This document shows positions 55,582 through 64,000 of a stretch of DNA of 64,000 nt, one piece after another. The translations under genes were made by a program, and so were the position numbers. The notes under the pieces were generated by a model. The model was given only the letters and a program-made list of their open reading frames with translations. It ran no database searches and was not told where the DNA came from. Each line of letters opens with the position of its first letter. The first letter of the stretch is position 1. The DNA comes from Acutalibacteraceae bacterium (GTDB taxonomy: Bacteria; Bacillota; Clostridia; Oscillospirales; Acutalibacteraceae): the NCBI GenBank assembly GCA_045649505.1, contig JAZRQA010000061.1:7235-71234 (forward strand), in the 5' to 3' direction.

Positions 55582-55627
55582 AAAAAAACTGTCTTTGAAA
55601 CGACTAAGCGTTCCTACAAGACAGTTT
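55582..55627 (-). terminator. Intrinsic terminator after the esterase gene
   Basis: AAACTGTCTT / AAGACAGTTT stem followed on the minus strand by T7. Confidence 0.65.
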
Positions 55628-55650
55628 TCTTCTGCTTTTGTGCGCTGATT

Positions 55651-56514
55651 TTAAAGTTTTGAGAAATATTTTGCTTTGGTAAGAGGCTTATTTGCCTCCT
55701 CGGGATTATCGAAAAGGCGGTTAAGCCAACTGATTGAAAGAGGCATCCACTGGGCAAAGGATTTATCGCCGCCGCTGTTGTTGGTTATCGCGGTGCCGTC
55801 TGCAAGACCGTGACCGCCGTTAGGAAAGATATGCAGCTCACAGGGGACACCCTTTTCAATAAGTGCGTATGCGAATTTAATGCTGTCCTCAACGGGTACA
55901 GAACCATCTCGAACAGTATGCGCAAGGAAGGCTTGAGGTGTGCTTTCACTTACGCAGGTGTGAAGATTAAGGTCCTTATAGCGTTTATCAAAGTCAGCAT
56001 TTTCGCCAATTATCCGTTTTAAATTGTTTGAATTTTCAATCCAAGAGGTGGATAAAACGGGATAGCCTAAAATAAGTGCATTCGGCTTATTTTCGCCGTT
56101 AAAGCAACCCGATTTTTCCATAATTTCGGGGTTATTCCAATGAACGCCAAGACTTGCGGCAAGGTGACCGCCTGCCGAAAAACCGCAAAGTGCGATATTA
56201 TCCTCTTTAATAAAAAATCTATCGGCATTTTCGCGAATAAATTTTAAAGCGGCGCAAAGGTCTAAAAGGCTTCTGGGGAACACGGCCTTTTCCTTAAGGC
56301 TATAATAAAGTACAAAGGTGTTATAGCCTGCCGCGCTGTAGCGCATTGCGATGGGGTCCGCCTCACGGGGTGAACAAATATTATATCCGCCGCCGGGACA
56401 AACAACCACTGCAGGGAAACGGGGTTTGCTCGGCATTTCATTATTTGGCTCGTGACAATAACTTACAAGCACTACCTCACTGTCATCGGTTATATAATGT
56501 TTTTCGCAAATCAT
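55651..56514 (-). CDS. Alpha/beta-hydrolase esterase (Aes/acetyl-esterase-like)
   Basis: HGGG-like CPGGGY oxyanion region, nucleophile elbow GFSAGGH, and C-terminal GGHG. Confidence 0.75.
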   Translation of the reverse strand: MICEKHYITDDSEVVLVSYCHEPNNEMPSKPRFPAVVVCPGGGYNICSPREADPIAMRYSAAGYNTFVLYYSLKEKAVFPRSLLDLCAALKFIRENADRFFIKEDNIALCGFSAGGHLAASLGVHWNNPEIMEKSGCFNGENKPNALILGYPVLSTSWIENSNNLKRIIGENADFDKRYKDLNLHTCVSESTPQAFLAHTVRDGSVPVEDSIKFAYALIEKGVPCELHIFPNGGHGLADGTAITNNSGGDKSFAQWMPLSISWLNRLFDNPEEANKPLTKAKYFSKL

Positions 56515-56526
56515 ATTTTGTTCCTC

Positions 56527-57078
56527 CTAAAATTTATTGTTTTCTTTTAATACTTTAAGCTTTAGAATTGCCGCTTGGGTTTTTGCGTCCTTAATCTCAC
56601 CTGAAAGAACCATTTCTACCGCCTGTTCAAAGGGCATTTTTATTACATCAAGGAATTCGTCCTCATCGGTGCACTGCTGACCAAAGGTTAAATCCTTTGC
56701 TGCAAACATATAAATTACTTCGTTGCAGTAACCGGGAGTAGGATAAAGTTCGCCAAGGGAAATGTACTCCTTTGCCGTCGCGCCCGTTTCCTCTTTAAGC
56801 TCCCTTTTTCCGCAGGTGAGCGGGTCGCCGTCCCCTTCTTTATCCCTTTTTCCAGCAGGAATTTCCAATATAACCTCTTTGTATGGGTATCGAAACTGCT
56901 TTACAAGAAGGATATTATCCTCACTATCAATCGCAGCAACACAAACGCCGCCCGGATGCTCTACGACCTCTCTGCTTGCAGTATTACCGTCAGGCAAAAC
57001 AGCGGTATCACATCTAAGGTTTATGACTTTACCCGAAAATATCAGGTTGCTTTCAACGGTTTTTTCCTTTAGATTCAT
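56527..57078 (-). CDS. NUDIX hydrolase (ADP-ribose pyrophosphatase-like)
   Basis: Nudix box GKRDKEGDGDPLTCGKRELKEETG. Confidence 0.85.
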   Translation of the reverse strand: MNLKEKTVESNLIFSGKVINLRCDTAVLPDGNTASREVVEHPGGVCVAAIDSEDNILLVKQFRYPYKEVILEIPAGKRDKEGDGDPLTCGKRELKEETGATAKEYISLGELYPTPGYCNEVIYMFAAKDLTFGQQCTDEDEFLDVIKMPFEQAVEMVLSGEIKDAKTQAAILKLKVLKENNKF

Positions 57079-57124
57079 TATATTGCCTTCCCTTTCATAA
57101 ACATTTAAAAAGGAGTGAAAATAA

Positions 57125-58027
57125 ATGTCTAAGATTATAAATAGTATAGACTATGATTACATCAATGTCAAACAAAATATAAGATTACTTCTTGAAAAAT
57201 ACCCCGCTTTGCAATACGGTATTATAGGGCGCAGCTGTGTGGGGAGAGATATACCTATGCTAAAAATCGGCAGGGCAAGAGACTACGCCCTTTTTGCCGC
57301 CGCCTTTCACGGGAGTGAACGCATTACCTGCAATTTACTGCTTAGGTTTACCGAGGAGTTGTGCGAGGCGCTGGAAACCGACGGCGAATTTTCGGGTCTT
57401 AATGCAAGGAGGGCACTTAACGGACGCGGGCTTATAATTGTGCCGCTTGTTAATCCCGATGGGTGTGAAATTGCTCTACACGGACCATCGGGCAGCGGTT
57501 ATCTTGAAAATGCGGTACGAGATATTGGCGGCACAAACTTTGAAAAATGGAATGCAAACGCCCGAGGCGTTGATATAAATCATAATTTTTCGGCGGGCTG
57601 GAATGAGCTGAAAAAAGCCGAGCTTGAAAACGGCATAACAGGTCCCGCAATGACACGATTTGGCGGATATGCTCCCGAAAGTGAACCCGAAACAAAGGCT
57701 CTTACCGAGCTTTGTCGCGCCAATCGCATACGCCATGTTCTTGCATTTCACTCACAGGGTGAGGTGATATACTGGTCTTACGGTGATAAGGAGCCGCCGA
57801 AGGCTAAAAAAATGGCACAGATAATGGCGACCTCCTCGGGCTACGCGCTGGACGCGCCCATGGGTCTCGCGGTAGGCGGTGGATTTAAAGACTGGTTTAT
57901 CAGCGAATTCAACCGACCGGGTTTCACCGTTGAGGTAGGGTACGGACGCAATCCCCTGCCGCCAAGTGACCTTGATAAAATTTATCCCCGCCTTAAGGAA
58001 ATGATGATTCTTTCTGCCATAATGTAA
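57125..58027 (+). CDS. M14-family zinc carboxypeptidase (gamma-D-glutamyl-diamino acid peptidase-like)
   Basis: HxxE zinc motif (FHGSER), NPDG, and a second His region (LAFHSQGE). Confidence 0.8.
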   Translation: MSKIINSIDYDYINVKQNIRLLLEKYPALQYGIIGRSCVGRDIPMLKIGRARDYALFAAAFHGSERITCNLLLRFTEELCEALETDGEFSGLNARRALNGRGLIIVPLVNPDGCEIALHGPSGSGYLENAVRDIGGTNFEKWNANARGVDINHNFSAGWNELKKAELENGITGPAMTRFGGYAPESEPETKALTELCRANRIRHVLAFHSQGEVIYWSYGDKEPPKAKKMAQIMATSSGYALDAPMGLAVGGGFKDWFISEFNRPGFTVEVGYGRNPLPPSDLDKIYPRLKEMMILSAIM

Positions 58028-58284
58028 ATTAAAAGGTGTATTGTCAGAGATTTTTCTTTGGTTTTACACTTTTTTTATTGCTTTTAAATTTTAAAATTAC
58101 AGCATATTAAGCAGGTTTATTAGGGAATTGTTATTTTGCATAAAAATGATTTTTCGCATAGTTATGTTTTTTACAAAGAAAATAATAAAAAATGCAGAAA
58201 AAATCTTGAAAAATACAGAAAAATTAGGTATAATAATTGTTTGTTAAGGGATATATATTCATCCCTAAGAAAGGATAATGAAAT

Positions 58285-59487
58285 ATGGAGAACAAAGAAC
58301 GCAGAGTCGGCACGGTATCCAGAGGTATCCGTTGCCCTATCATCCGTCAGGGTGATGACCTTGCCCAAATCGTAAGCAACAGCGTGCTTGAAGCCGCCGA
58401 GATTGAGGGATTTGAGCTTCGCGACCGTGATGTTATTGCTATGACCGAGTCTATCGTGGCAAGAGCTCAGGGCAACTACGCATCAGTTGACGATATTGCA
58501 ACCGATGTTAAAGCCAAGCTTGGCGGAGAAACCATTGGTGTTATTTTCCCGATTCTTTCGCGTAACCGTTTTGCAATTTGCCTTCGCGGTATTGCTAAGG
58601 GTGCTAAAAAAATTGTTCTTATGCTCAGCTACCCCTCTGATGAGGTAGGTAACTCTCTTGCAACCTATGACCTTATTGACGCTGCGGGTATCAACCCCTA
58701 TACCGATGTGCTCTCTCTTGAGCGTTACCGCGAGGTTTTCGGAGTTCAGAAACTTGCCTTTACAGGTGTTGACTATGTTCAGTACTATGCCGACCTTATT
58801 AAGGAAATGGGTGCCGAGGTTGAGATTATATTTGCTAATCAGCCCAAGGCCATTTTAGATTATGCTGACCATATCCTTACGTGTGATATCCACACCCGCG
58901 TTCGCACAAAACGTCTTTTAAAGGAAGCAGGCGCAAAGGTTGTTTGTGGTCTTGACGATATTATGACTGCCCCCGTTAACGGCAGCGGATATAACGAGAA
59001 GTACGGTCTGCTCGGCTCTAATAAATCTACCGAGGATCAGATAAAACTCTTCCCCAAGGAGTGCAAGGACCTTGTTCTTGACGTTCAAAAGCGCATAAAG
59101 GCAGCCACAGGTAAAACCGTTGAGGTTATGGTTTACGGCGACGGCGCGTTTAAGGATCCTCAGGGTAAAATTTGGGAGCTTGCCGACCCCGTTGTTTCCC
59201 CCGCGTTTACCGACGGTCTTATAGGTACACCCAATGAGCTTAAGCTCAAGTACCTTGCAGATAACGATTATAAAAACCTTTCGGGCGAGGAGCTTAAAAA
59301 GGCTATTTCGGAATCTATTAAAAATAAGGACGGAAGCAGTCTTGTTGGTAATATGGCAGCTCAGGGTACCACACCCCGTCAGCTTACCGACCTTATTGGC
59401 TCACTTTGCGATTTAACCAGCGGCTCAGGTGACAAGGGTACACCCGTTGTTCTTGTTCAGGGCTATTTTGATAACTACACTAATTAA
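58285..59487 (+). CDS. CofE-like (F420-0:gamma-glutamyl ligase family) protein, long 400-aa form
   Basis: The N-terminus (PIIRQGDDLAQIV..DRDVIAMTESIVARAQG) and C-terminus (GDKGTPVVLVQG) match the CofE fold motifs as I remember them. A TTGAAA-17-TATAAT promoter lies at ~58205-58233. Confidence 0.55.
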   Translation: MENKERRVGTVSRGIRCPIIRQGDDLAQIVSNSVLEAAEIEGFELRDRDVIAMTESIVARAQGNYASVDDIATDVKAKLGGETIGVIFPILSRNRFAICLRGIAKGAKKIVLMLSYPSDEVGNSLATYDLIDAAGINPYTDVLSLERYREVFGVQKLAFTGVDYVQYYADLIKEMGAEVEIIFANQPKAILDYADHILTCDIHTRVRTKRLLKEAGAKVVCGLDDIMTAPVNGSGYNEKYGLLGSNKSTEDQIKLFPKECKDLVLDVQKRIKAATGKTVEVMVYGDGAFKDPQGKIWELADPVVSPAFTDGLIGTPNELKLKYLADNDYKNLSGEELKKAISESIKNKDGSSLVGNMAAQGTTPRQLTDLIGSLCDLTSGSGDKGTPVVLVQGYFDNYTN

Positions 59488-59506
59488 TTTTCGGGAGGAA
59501 AAAATT

Positions 59507-60493
59507 ATGTATCTTGATACCAATGTTCGTCCTGAAAATATGGAACGAATCACAACAAAAGAATTAGCAAATGCTTTCATTGAACAGGCTGTGAAGGAGG
59601 TCCGCGCCCAGGTTGGGGATAAAAAGGTTCTCCTTGCCCTTTCCGGCGGTGTTGACTCCTCGGTTGTTGCCGCATTGCTTATAAAGGCAGTTGGCAAGCA
59701 GCTTACCTGTGTTCATGTAAATCACGGCCTTATGCGCAAGGGTGAAAGCGAGCAGGTTATTGAAGTTTTTAAAGACGGTCTTGACGCAAACCTTATTTAC
59801 ATTGACGCAACCGACCGTTTCCTTTCCCTTTTAGAGGGAGTATCTGACCCCGAAAAGAAAAGAAAAATTATCGGCGGCGAATTCATTAAGGTTTTTGATG
59901 AAGAATCCGCAAAACTTGAGGGTATTTCCTTCCTTGCTCAAGGAACAATTTATCCTGACATTTTAGAATCTGACGGTGTTAAGGCTCACCATAATGTTGG
60001 CGGCCTCCCTGAGGATATGGAAATGGAGCTTTGCGAGCCCGTTAAGCTTCTTTTCAAGGATGAGGTTCGCATTGTTGGTGAGGCTTTAGGTCTGCCCCAC
60101 GGTATGGTTTACCGTCAGCCCTTCCCAGGCCCCGGTCTTGGTGTTAGATGCCTTGGCGCAATTACAAGAGACCGTCTTCACGCTCTGCGTGAGGCCGATG
60201 CAATTCTGCGTGAGGAGTTTGACAAGAGCGGTCTTGCTGAAAAGGTATGGCAATATTTCATTGCAGTTCCCGATATGACCGCCGTAGGCGTTATCGACGG
60301 CAAGCGTCTTGACGGTTGGTGCGCAATTATCCGCGCGGTTAACACGACCGACGCTATGACCGCCACCATTGAGGAGATACCCTATGCACTGCTACACCAC
60401 ATAACCGCACGAATCACAAGCGAGGTTAAGGGAATAAGCCGCGTGCTTATGGATATCACTCCCAAGCCCGTTGGTACTATAGAATTTGAATAA
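59507..60493 (+). CDS. guaA: GMP synthase ATP-pyrophosphatase/dimerisation part only (no glutamine amidotransferase domain)
   Basis: 329 aa from ATG 59507 behind GGGAGGA. PP-loop SGGVDSS. Other motifs are AQGTIYPD, HHNVGGLP, FPGPGLGVR and TIEFE. Collinear with E. coli GuaA residues ~200-525. Confidence 0.85.
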   Translation: MYLDTNVRPENMERITTKELANAFIEQAVKEVRAQVGDKKVLLALSGGVDSSVVAALLIKAVGKQLTCVHVNHGLMRKGESEQVIEVFKDGLDANLIYIDATDRFLSLLEGVSDPEKKRKIIGGEFIKVFDEESAKLEGISFLAQGTIYPDILESDGVKAHHNVGGLPEDMEMELCEPVKLLFKDEVRIVGEALGLPHGMVYRQPFPGPGLGVRCLGAITRDRLHALREADAILREEFDKSGLAEKVWQYFIAVPDMTAVGVIDGKRLDGWCAIIRAVNTTDAMTATIEEIPYALLHHITARITSEVKGISRVLMDITPKPVGTIEFE

Positions 60494-60503
60494 TATAGTA
60501 AAA

Positions 60504-60552
60504 CCCCGAAACACTTATAAACAAAGGGTTTCGGGGGGCTTTTTGTTTTTTT
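60504..60552 (+). terminator. Intrinsic terminator after guaA
   Basis: CCCCGAAAC-N15-GTTTCGGGG followed by a T-rich run. Confidence 0.75.
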
Positions 60553-60674
60553 GGCTCTATTTTGGCTCTAAAATTGGTTTACCAAAATCTTATTTGCAGT
60601 CTAACTGCTGAGAGTCGTATAATTTGGGATATAATAATTTATGAAAATAAAAATTTAGTTTTGAGAGATATTAT

Positions 60675-61466
60675 ATGCTGATTGATTTTCACACACACGC
60701 TTTTCCCGATAAAATAGCCGCTATGGCGATAGATAAACTTTCCTTTGTTTCAGGCGGGCTTAAACCCCATACCGACGGTACCCTTGACAGCCTTAAAGAG
60801 TCTATGAAAAAGGGAGAGGTTGATATTTCGGTAGTGATGAGCATTGCCACCAATGCGCATCAGCAAAAAAATGTAAACGATTTTGCCGCACGGATAAATA
60901 TGGAAGAAAACATCTTTGCGTTTGGGTCGGTTTTCCCTGATGCCGAGGATGCGCTTTATGAGCTTGAACGAATTAAGGCTTTGGGGCTTAAAGGCGTTAA
61001 GCTTCACCCCGATTATCAGGGCTTTATGGCCGATGATGAGAAGATGATACCCATTTATAAAAAAATCTCAAAGCTTGGTCTTATAACCCTTTTTCACGCA
61101 GGGTTAGATTACGGCTTTGCGCCGCCCTACGGCGCCACACCCGAACGGCTTTTAAAGGCACTGTCTTTTTTCGACACTCCCGTCATTGCCGCGCACTGGG
61201 GCGGTGTAGGTTGCGGAGAAAAGGTAATTGAACTGCTTTGCGGTAGGGATATTTACTTTGATACCTCCTTTGGATACTCAACGATGCCCAAATATTTTGC
61301 GCAAAAAATCATTGAAAAGCATGGGTGTGAAAAGATGCTTTTCGGCACCGACACACCTTGGCACACCGCGCAAATGGAAATGCGCTTACTTGACAGCCTT
61401 AAATTGACTGATACCGAAATGGCTGACATTACCCACAAAAATGCGCAAAAGCTTTTAGGAATATAA
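60675..61466 (+). CDS. Amidohydrolase_2-family TIM-barrel hydrolase (paralogue of 50921..51733)
   Basis: 263 aa. Motifs include IDFHTHAFP, GVKLHPD, FHAG and LFGTDTPW. Confidence 0.75.
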   Translation: MLIDFHTHAFPDKIAAMAIDKLSFVSGGLKPHTDGTLDSLKESMKKGEVDISVVMSIATNAHQQKNVNDFAARINMEENIFAFGSVFPDAEDALYELERIKALGLKGVKLHPDYQGFMADDEKMIPIYKKISKLGLITLFHAGLDYGFAPPYGATPERLLKALSFFDTPVIAAHWGGVGCGEKVIELLCGRDIYFDTSFGYSTMPKYFAQKIIEKHGCEKMLFGTDTPWHTAQMEMRLLDSLKLTDTEMADITHKNAQKLLGI

Positions 61467-61469
61467 CTA

Positions 61470-61506
61470 AAAAACACCTTCTCTTAAAATAAGAAGGTGT
61501 TTTTTG
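61470..61506 (+). terminator. Intrinsic terminator
   Basis: ACACCTTCT-N9-AGAAGGTGT followed by T5. Confidence 0.8.
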
Positions 61507-61566
61507 TTGCAATAAGCGAAAAAATCTATTAAAATAAATATATAAATTTTTTCGGAGATGATTTAA

Positions 61567-61959
61567 ATGAAAATTACAGGTATTCAGCACATTTGCCTTG
61601 AGGCTCAGGGCGTTGAGGCTTACGAAAAGACAGTTGATTTTTACCACCGTATACTTGGGCTGCCCGTTGCTCTTAAATGGGGCGAGGGCGAAAAGGCAGG
61701 CATCATGCTTGACACAGGTGCGGGCTGGCTTGAAATATTTGCTAAGGGCAAGGATAAACCAACGCAGGGACCGCTTCGCCATATGGCACTCAGCACGGAT
61801 GACCCCGATGCCTTCATTGAGGCTGTGCGTGCCGAGGGTTATGAGGTTACAATGGAGCCTAAGGACATTGAATTTGCAACCACTCCTCCTACCCCTGCAA
61901 GAATTGCTTTTTGCATAGGTCCCGTGGGTGAAGAGGTTGAGTTTTTTAAGCTGAAATAA
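61567..61959 (+). CDS. VOC/glyoxalase-family protein
   Basis: 130 aa. Opens with the beta-alpha-beta-beta-beta module IQHICLE, then HMALSTDD. Confidence 0.65.
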   Translation: MKITGIQHICLEAQGVEAYEKTVDFYHRILGLPVALKWGEGEKAGIMLDTGAGWLEIFAKGKDKPTQGPLRHMALSTDDPDAFIEAVRAEGYEVTMEPKDIEFATTPPTPARIAFCIGPVGEEVEFFKLK

Positions 61960-62038
61960 TTTTTTACTCTTGCCTTCGCTTTTACGAGTTTAGCCAACAC
62001 CTCATCAAAAGCGTTTTAAGAATATCTAAGGAGTAGTT

Positions 62039-62704
62039 ATGGTAAAACTGGGTAATGACTGGGACGGCATATTAGCCGATGAATTTGAAAAGCCCTACTA
62101 TAAAAAACTTCGCGCCTTTTTAAAAAGCGAATATTCAAAACAACGCGTATATCCCGATATGCACGATATTTTTACTGCCCTTAAAATGACATCCTATATG
62201 GATACTAAGGCGGTAATTATCGGGCAGGACCCGTATCACGGCGCGGGACAGGCGCACGGGCTTTGTTTCTCGGTTAAAAGGGGCGTTGCCGCGCCGCCAT
62301 CTTTGCAGAATATTTTTAAGGAAATGCAAGCGGATGTAGGAATAACTATACCTTGCCACGGTGAGCTTACCTCGCTCGCAAAGCAGGGTGTGCTACTGCT
62401 TAACACGGTTCTGACCGTAAGAGAAGGCTCTCCAAACTCCCACAAGGGAATGGGCTGGGAGACCTTTACAGACCGCGTGATTTCGGAGCTTAATAAAAAG
62501 GATACCCCCGTTGTGTTTCTGCTCTGGGGTGCCAACGCCGCTAAAAAGGCGGCGGTTATTGACAACCCAAAGCATATAAAATTACAAACCGTTCATCCCA
62601 GCCCCCTTTCGGCTTATGGCGGATTTTTTGGCTGCAAGCATTTTTCTAAAACCAATGAAATACTTAAAAGCAACGGCATTAGTCCGATAAACTGGCAGGT
62701 TTAA
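62039..62704 (+). CDS. ung: Uracil-DNA glycosylase (family 1)
   Basis: Motifs GQDPYH, LLLN and HPSPLSA. Confidence 0.95.
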   Translation: MVKLGNDWDGILADEFEKPYYKKLRAFLKSEYSKQRVYPDMHDIFTALKMTSYMDTKAVIIGQDPYHGAGQAHGLCFSVKRGVAAPPSLQNIFKEMQADVGITIPCHGELTSLAKQGVLLLNTVLTVREGSPNSHKGMGWETFTDRVISELNKKDTPVVFLLWGANAAKKAAVIDNPKHIKLQTVHPSPLSAYGGFFGCKHFSKTNEILKSNGISPINWQV

Positions 62705-62705
62705 T

Positions 62706-64000
62706 ATGAAACGCTACACACATTTTTTGTTCCCACCCTTTTTTGTTATGGCTGTTTTCGCAATTGTTTTTGCGACAAACGGCCTTTTTCCCTTTGGTGT
62801 GAACAGTCTTTCCTGGTGTGATATGAACCAGCAGGTCATTCCTCTGCTTTGCGATTTTAAGGATATTTTAAACGGGGAGGAAGGCTTTTTCCTGAGTATG
62901 CAAAATGCGGGAGCAATGAACTTTTACGGCGTATTTTTTTTCTTCTTAGCCTCGCCCTTTTCGTTCCTTGTTGCCTTTGTAAGCAAGGCGAATATTCCCC
63001 TTTTAATGAATATTCTTGTAGTATTAAAGCTGTGCCTGTGCGCAGGAAGCGCACAGATATATTTTGAAAAGCGTTTTTCCTCGCTTAGCCGAGTTTTCAA
63101 GACGGTACTGAGTGTATCCTACGCGTTTTGCGGCTACGGAATGCTTTTTTACCAAAACATTATCTGGCTTGATGTAATGTATCTTTTCCCGATTTTAATG
63201 CTTTCAATAGAACTGTTAGCCGAAAACGGCTCCCCCGTTCTTTTTACTGTGAGCCTTGCGGGAATTATTATAGTTAACTATTATTTAAGCTATATGGTCA
63301 TACTCTTTGTCATATTGTTTTTCACTCTTTATGCCCTTATTGTGCGCAAGGTCGACATTGAGGTTTTTATAAAGCTTGGATTTGGTACGGTATGCGCGCT
63401 GCTGTTAACGGCGGTTGTGTGGCTTCCAAGCCTTATTCAGTACACCTCCTCAGGCAGAACAAGCAATATTATCGCGGGTCTGCAAGGTTGCGGCTTTTTC
63501 ACCCATACGCACACAAGTGTGCCTGTGCTTCTTTGTACGGGGATAATTCCTTGCTGTTTAATTCTTATGCTGAGCACACTTCATAAGCAAAGCATCAAAA
63601 CAAAACTTTTTGCTGTAGTATTTTTTATGATGTGCGTGCCCATATTCATTGAGCCGATAAACCGAATGTGGCACACGGGAAATTATATGTCCTTCCCTGT
63701 GAGATACGGCTTTATGACGGTGTTTTCTGGACTTATTATCTGTGCGCACTATTTAAGCGCAAGCAAACTTGCAAAAAAAGGCAACGCCTCCGTTTCGGTT
63801 ATAGCTCTCGCTGTGAGCATCGGTACCGGCACCTTTATGCTTGGATACACTAAAAGGAATACCGATACCCTTTCAAGATATGTTCAGACCCTTTGGGGGG
63901 ACAACGCCTCTTTTAAAGGACTTATATTGCTTTTCCTTTGCGCGGGTGTTCTTTATCTTATGGTTCTCGTCCTCTCGAAAAAGGGAAAAATAGGAAAAAA
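62706..64000 (+). CDS. YfhO-family polytopic membrane protein (putative glycosyltransferase), 3' end beyond window
   Basis: Not in the ORF track because no stop is reached. I translated the frame from ATG 62706 and it stays open to 64000. It is very hydrophobic, with YfhO-like segments (MNQQVIPLL, MWHTGNYMSFPVRYGF). Confidence 0.7.
   Translation, partial: MKRYTHFLFPPFFVMAVFAIVFATNGLFPFGVNSLSWCDMNQQVIPLLCDFKDILNGEEGFFLSMQNAGAMNFYGVFFFFLASPFSFLVAFVSKANIPLLMNILVVLKLCLCAGSAQIYFEKRFSSLSRVFKTVLSVSYAFCGYGMLFYQNIIWLDVMYLFPILMLSIELLAENGSPVLFTVSLAGIIIVNYYLSYMVILFVILFFTLYALIVRKVDIEVFIKLGFGTVCALLLTAVVWLPSLIQYTSSGRTSNIIAGLQGCGFFTHTHTSVPVLLCTGIIPCCLILMLSTLHKQSIKTKLFAVVFFMMCVPIFIEPINRMWHTGNYMSFPVRYGFMTVFSGLIICAHYLSASKLAKKGNASVSVIALAVSIGTGTFMLGYTKRNTDTLSRYVQTLWGDNASFKGLILLFLCAGVLYLMVLVLSKKGKIGK

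Noticed and set aside
60553-60575. Short direct repeat TTGGCTCTA x2 after the guaA terminator
   Set aside because: There are only two 9-nt copies in a T-rich spacer, which is likely chance.
1-64000. Looked for tRNA/rRNA genes, CRISPR arrays, IS elements/transposases, integrases, prophage genes and known defence-system genes (restriction enzymes, helicase-nuclease pairs, toxin-antitoxin pairs)
   Set aside because: None was recognisable by eye in any frame. The two XRE-type HTH domains found belong to a lone regulator (7448..7720) and to the ligase fusions, not to toxin-antitoxin or phage modules.

Overview
Chromosomal segment of a spore-forming clostridial bacterium. It looks Ruminococcaceae/Oscillospiraceae-like, because it has a complete spoIIIAA-AH operon, spoIID and an adjacent dockerin/cohesin gene pair. 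About 60 tightly packed protein genes are present. I saw no rRNA, tRNA, CRISPR array, transposase or recognisable defence genes.

Housekeeping blocks, in order:
- ribF (5' partial) and an AEC transporter
- a Crp/Fnr regulator with a 3-gene ABC transporter
- apgM and an alanine:cation symporter
- CIRCE-controlled htpG
- parA-parB-serS, spoIID and EF-G2
- the spoIIIA operon and asp23
- hisS-aspS
- PBP2, a MinD-like ATPase and mgsA
- metY-metA
- an AT-rich GH2/IclR pair and an esterase
- nudix hydrolase and M14 peptidase
- a CofE-like gene followed by a GATase-less guaA
- two Amidohydro_2 paralogues, a VOC protein, ung and a yfhO-like gene (3' partial)

The stand-out region is 37.0-51.7 kb. It holds three T-box leaders whose specifier positions I read by hand as AUC (Ile), GUA (Val) and CUC (Leu). 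Each leader gates an AMP-forming acyl-CoA ligase. Two ligases carry N-terminal XRE-HTH plus cupin modules. The third is fused to a xylose-isomerase-like TIM barrel and is preceded by a catalytically degenerate isopropylmalate-synthase homologue. These units surround a four-subunit 2-oxoacid:ferredoxin oxidoreductase and ilvE. I interpret the block as a candidate regulon that makes Ile, Val and Leu from 2-methylbutyrate, isobutyrate and isovalerate by activation, reductive carboxylation and transamination.

A second accessory region lies at 7.4-12.9 kb. It contains an AT-rich XRE regulator, a 1156-aa dockerin protein built of eight ~100-aa modules, and a membrane-anchored cohesin protein with eight His/Cys repeats.

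All calls rest on reading the sequence, motif recognition from memory and hand folding. No searches were run.
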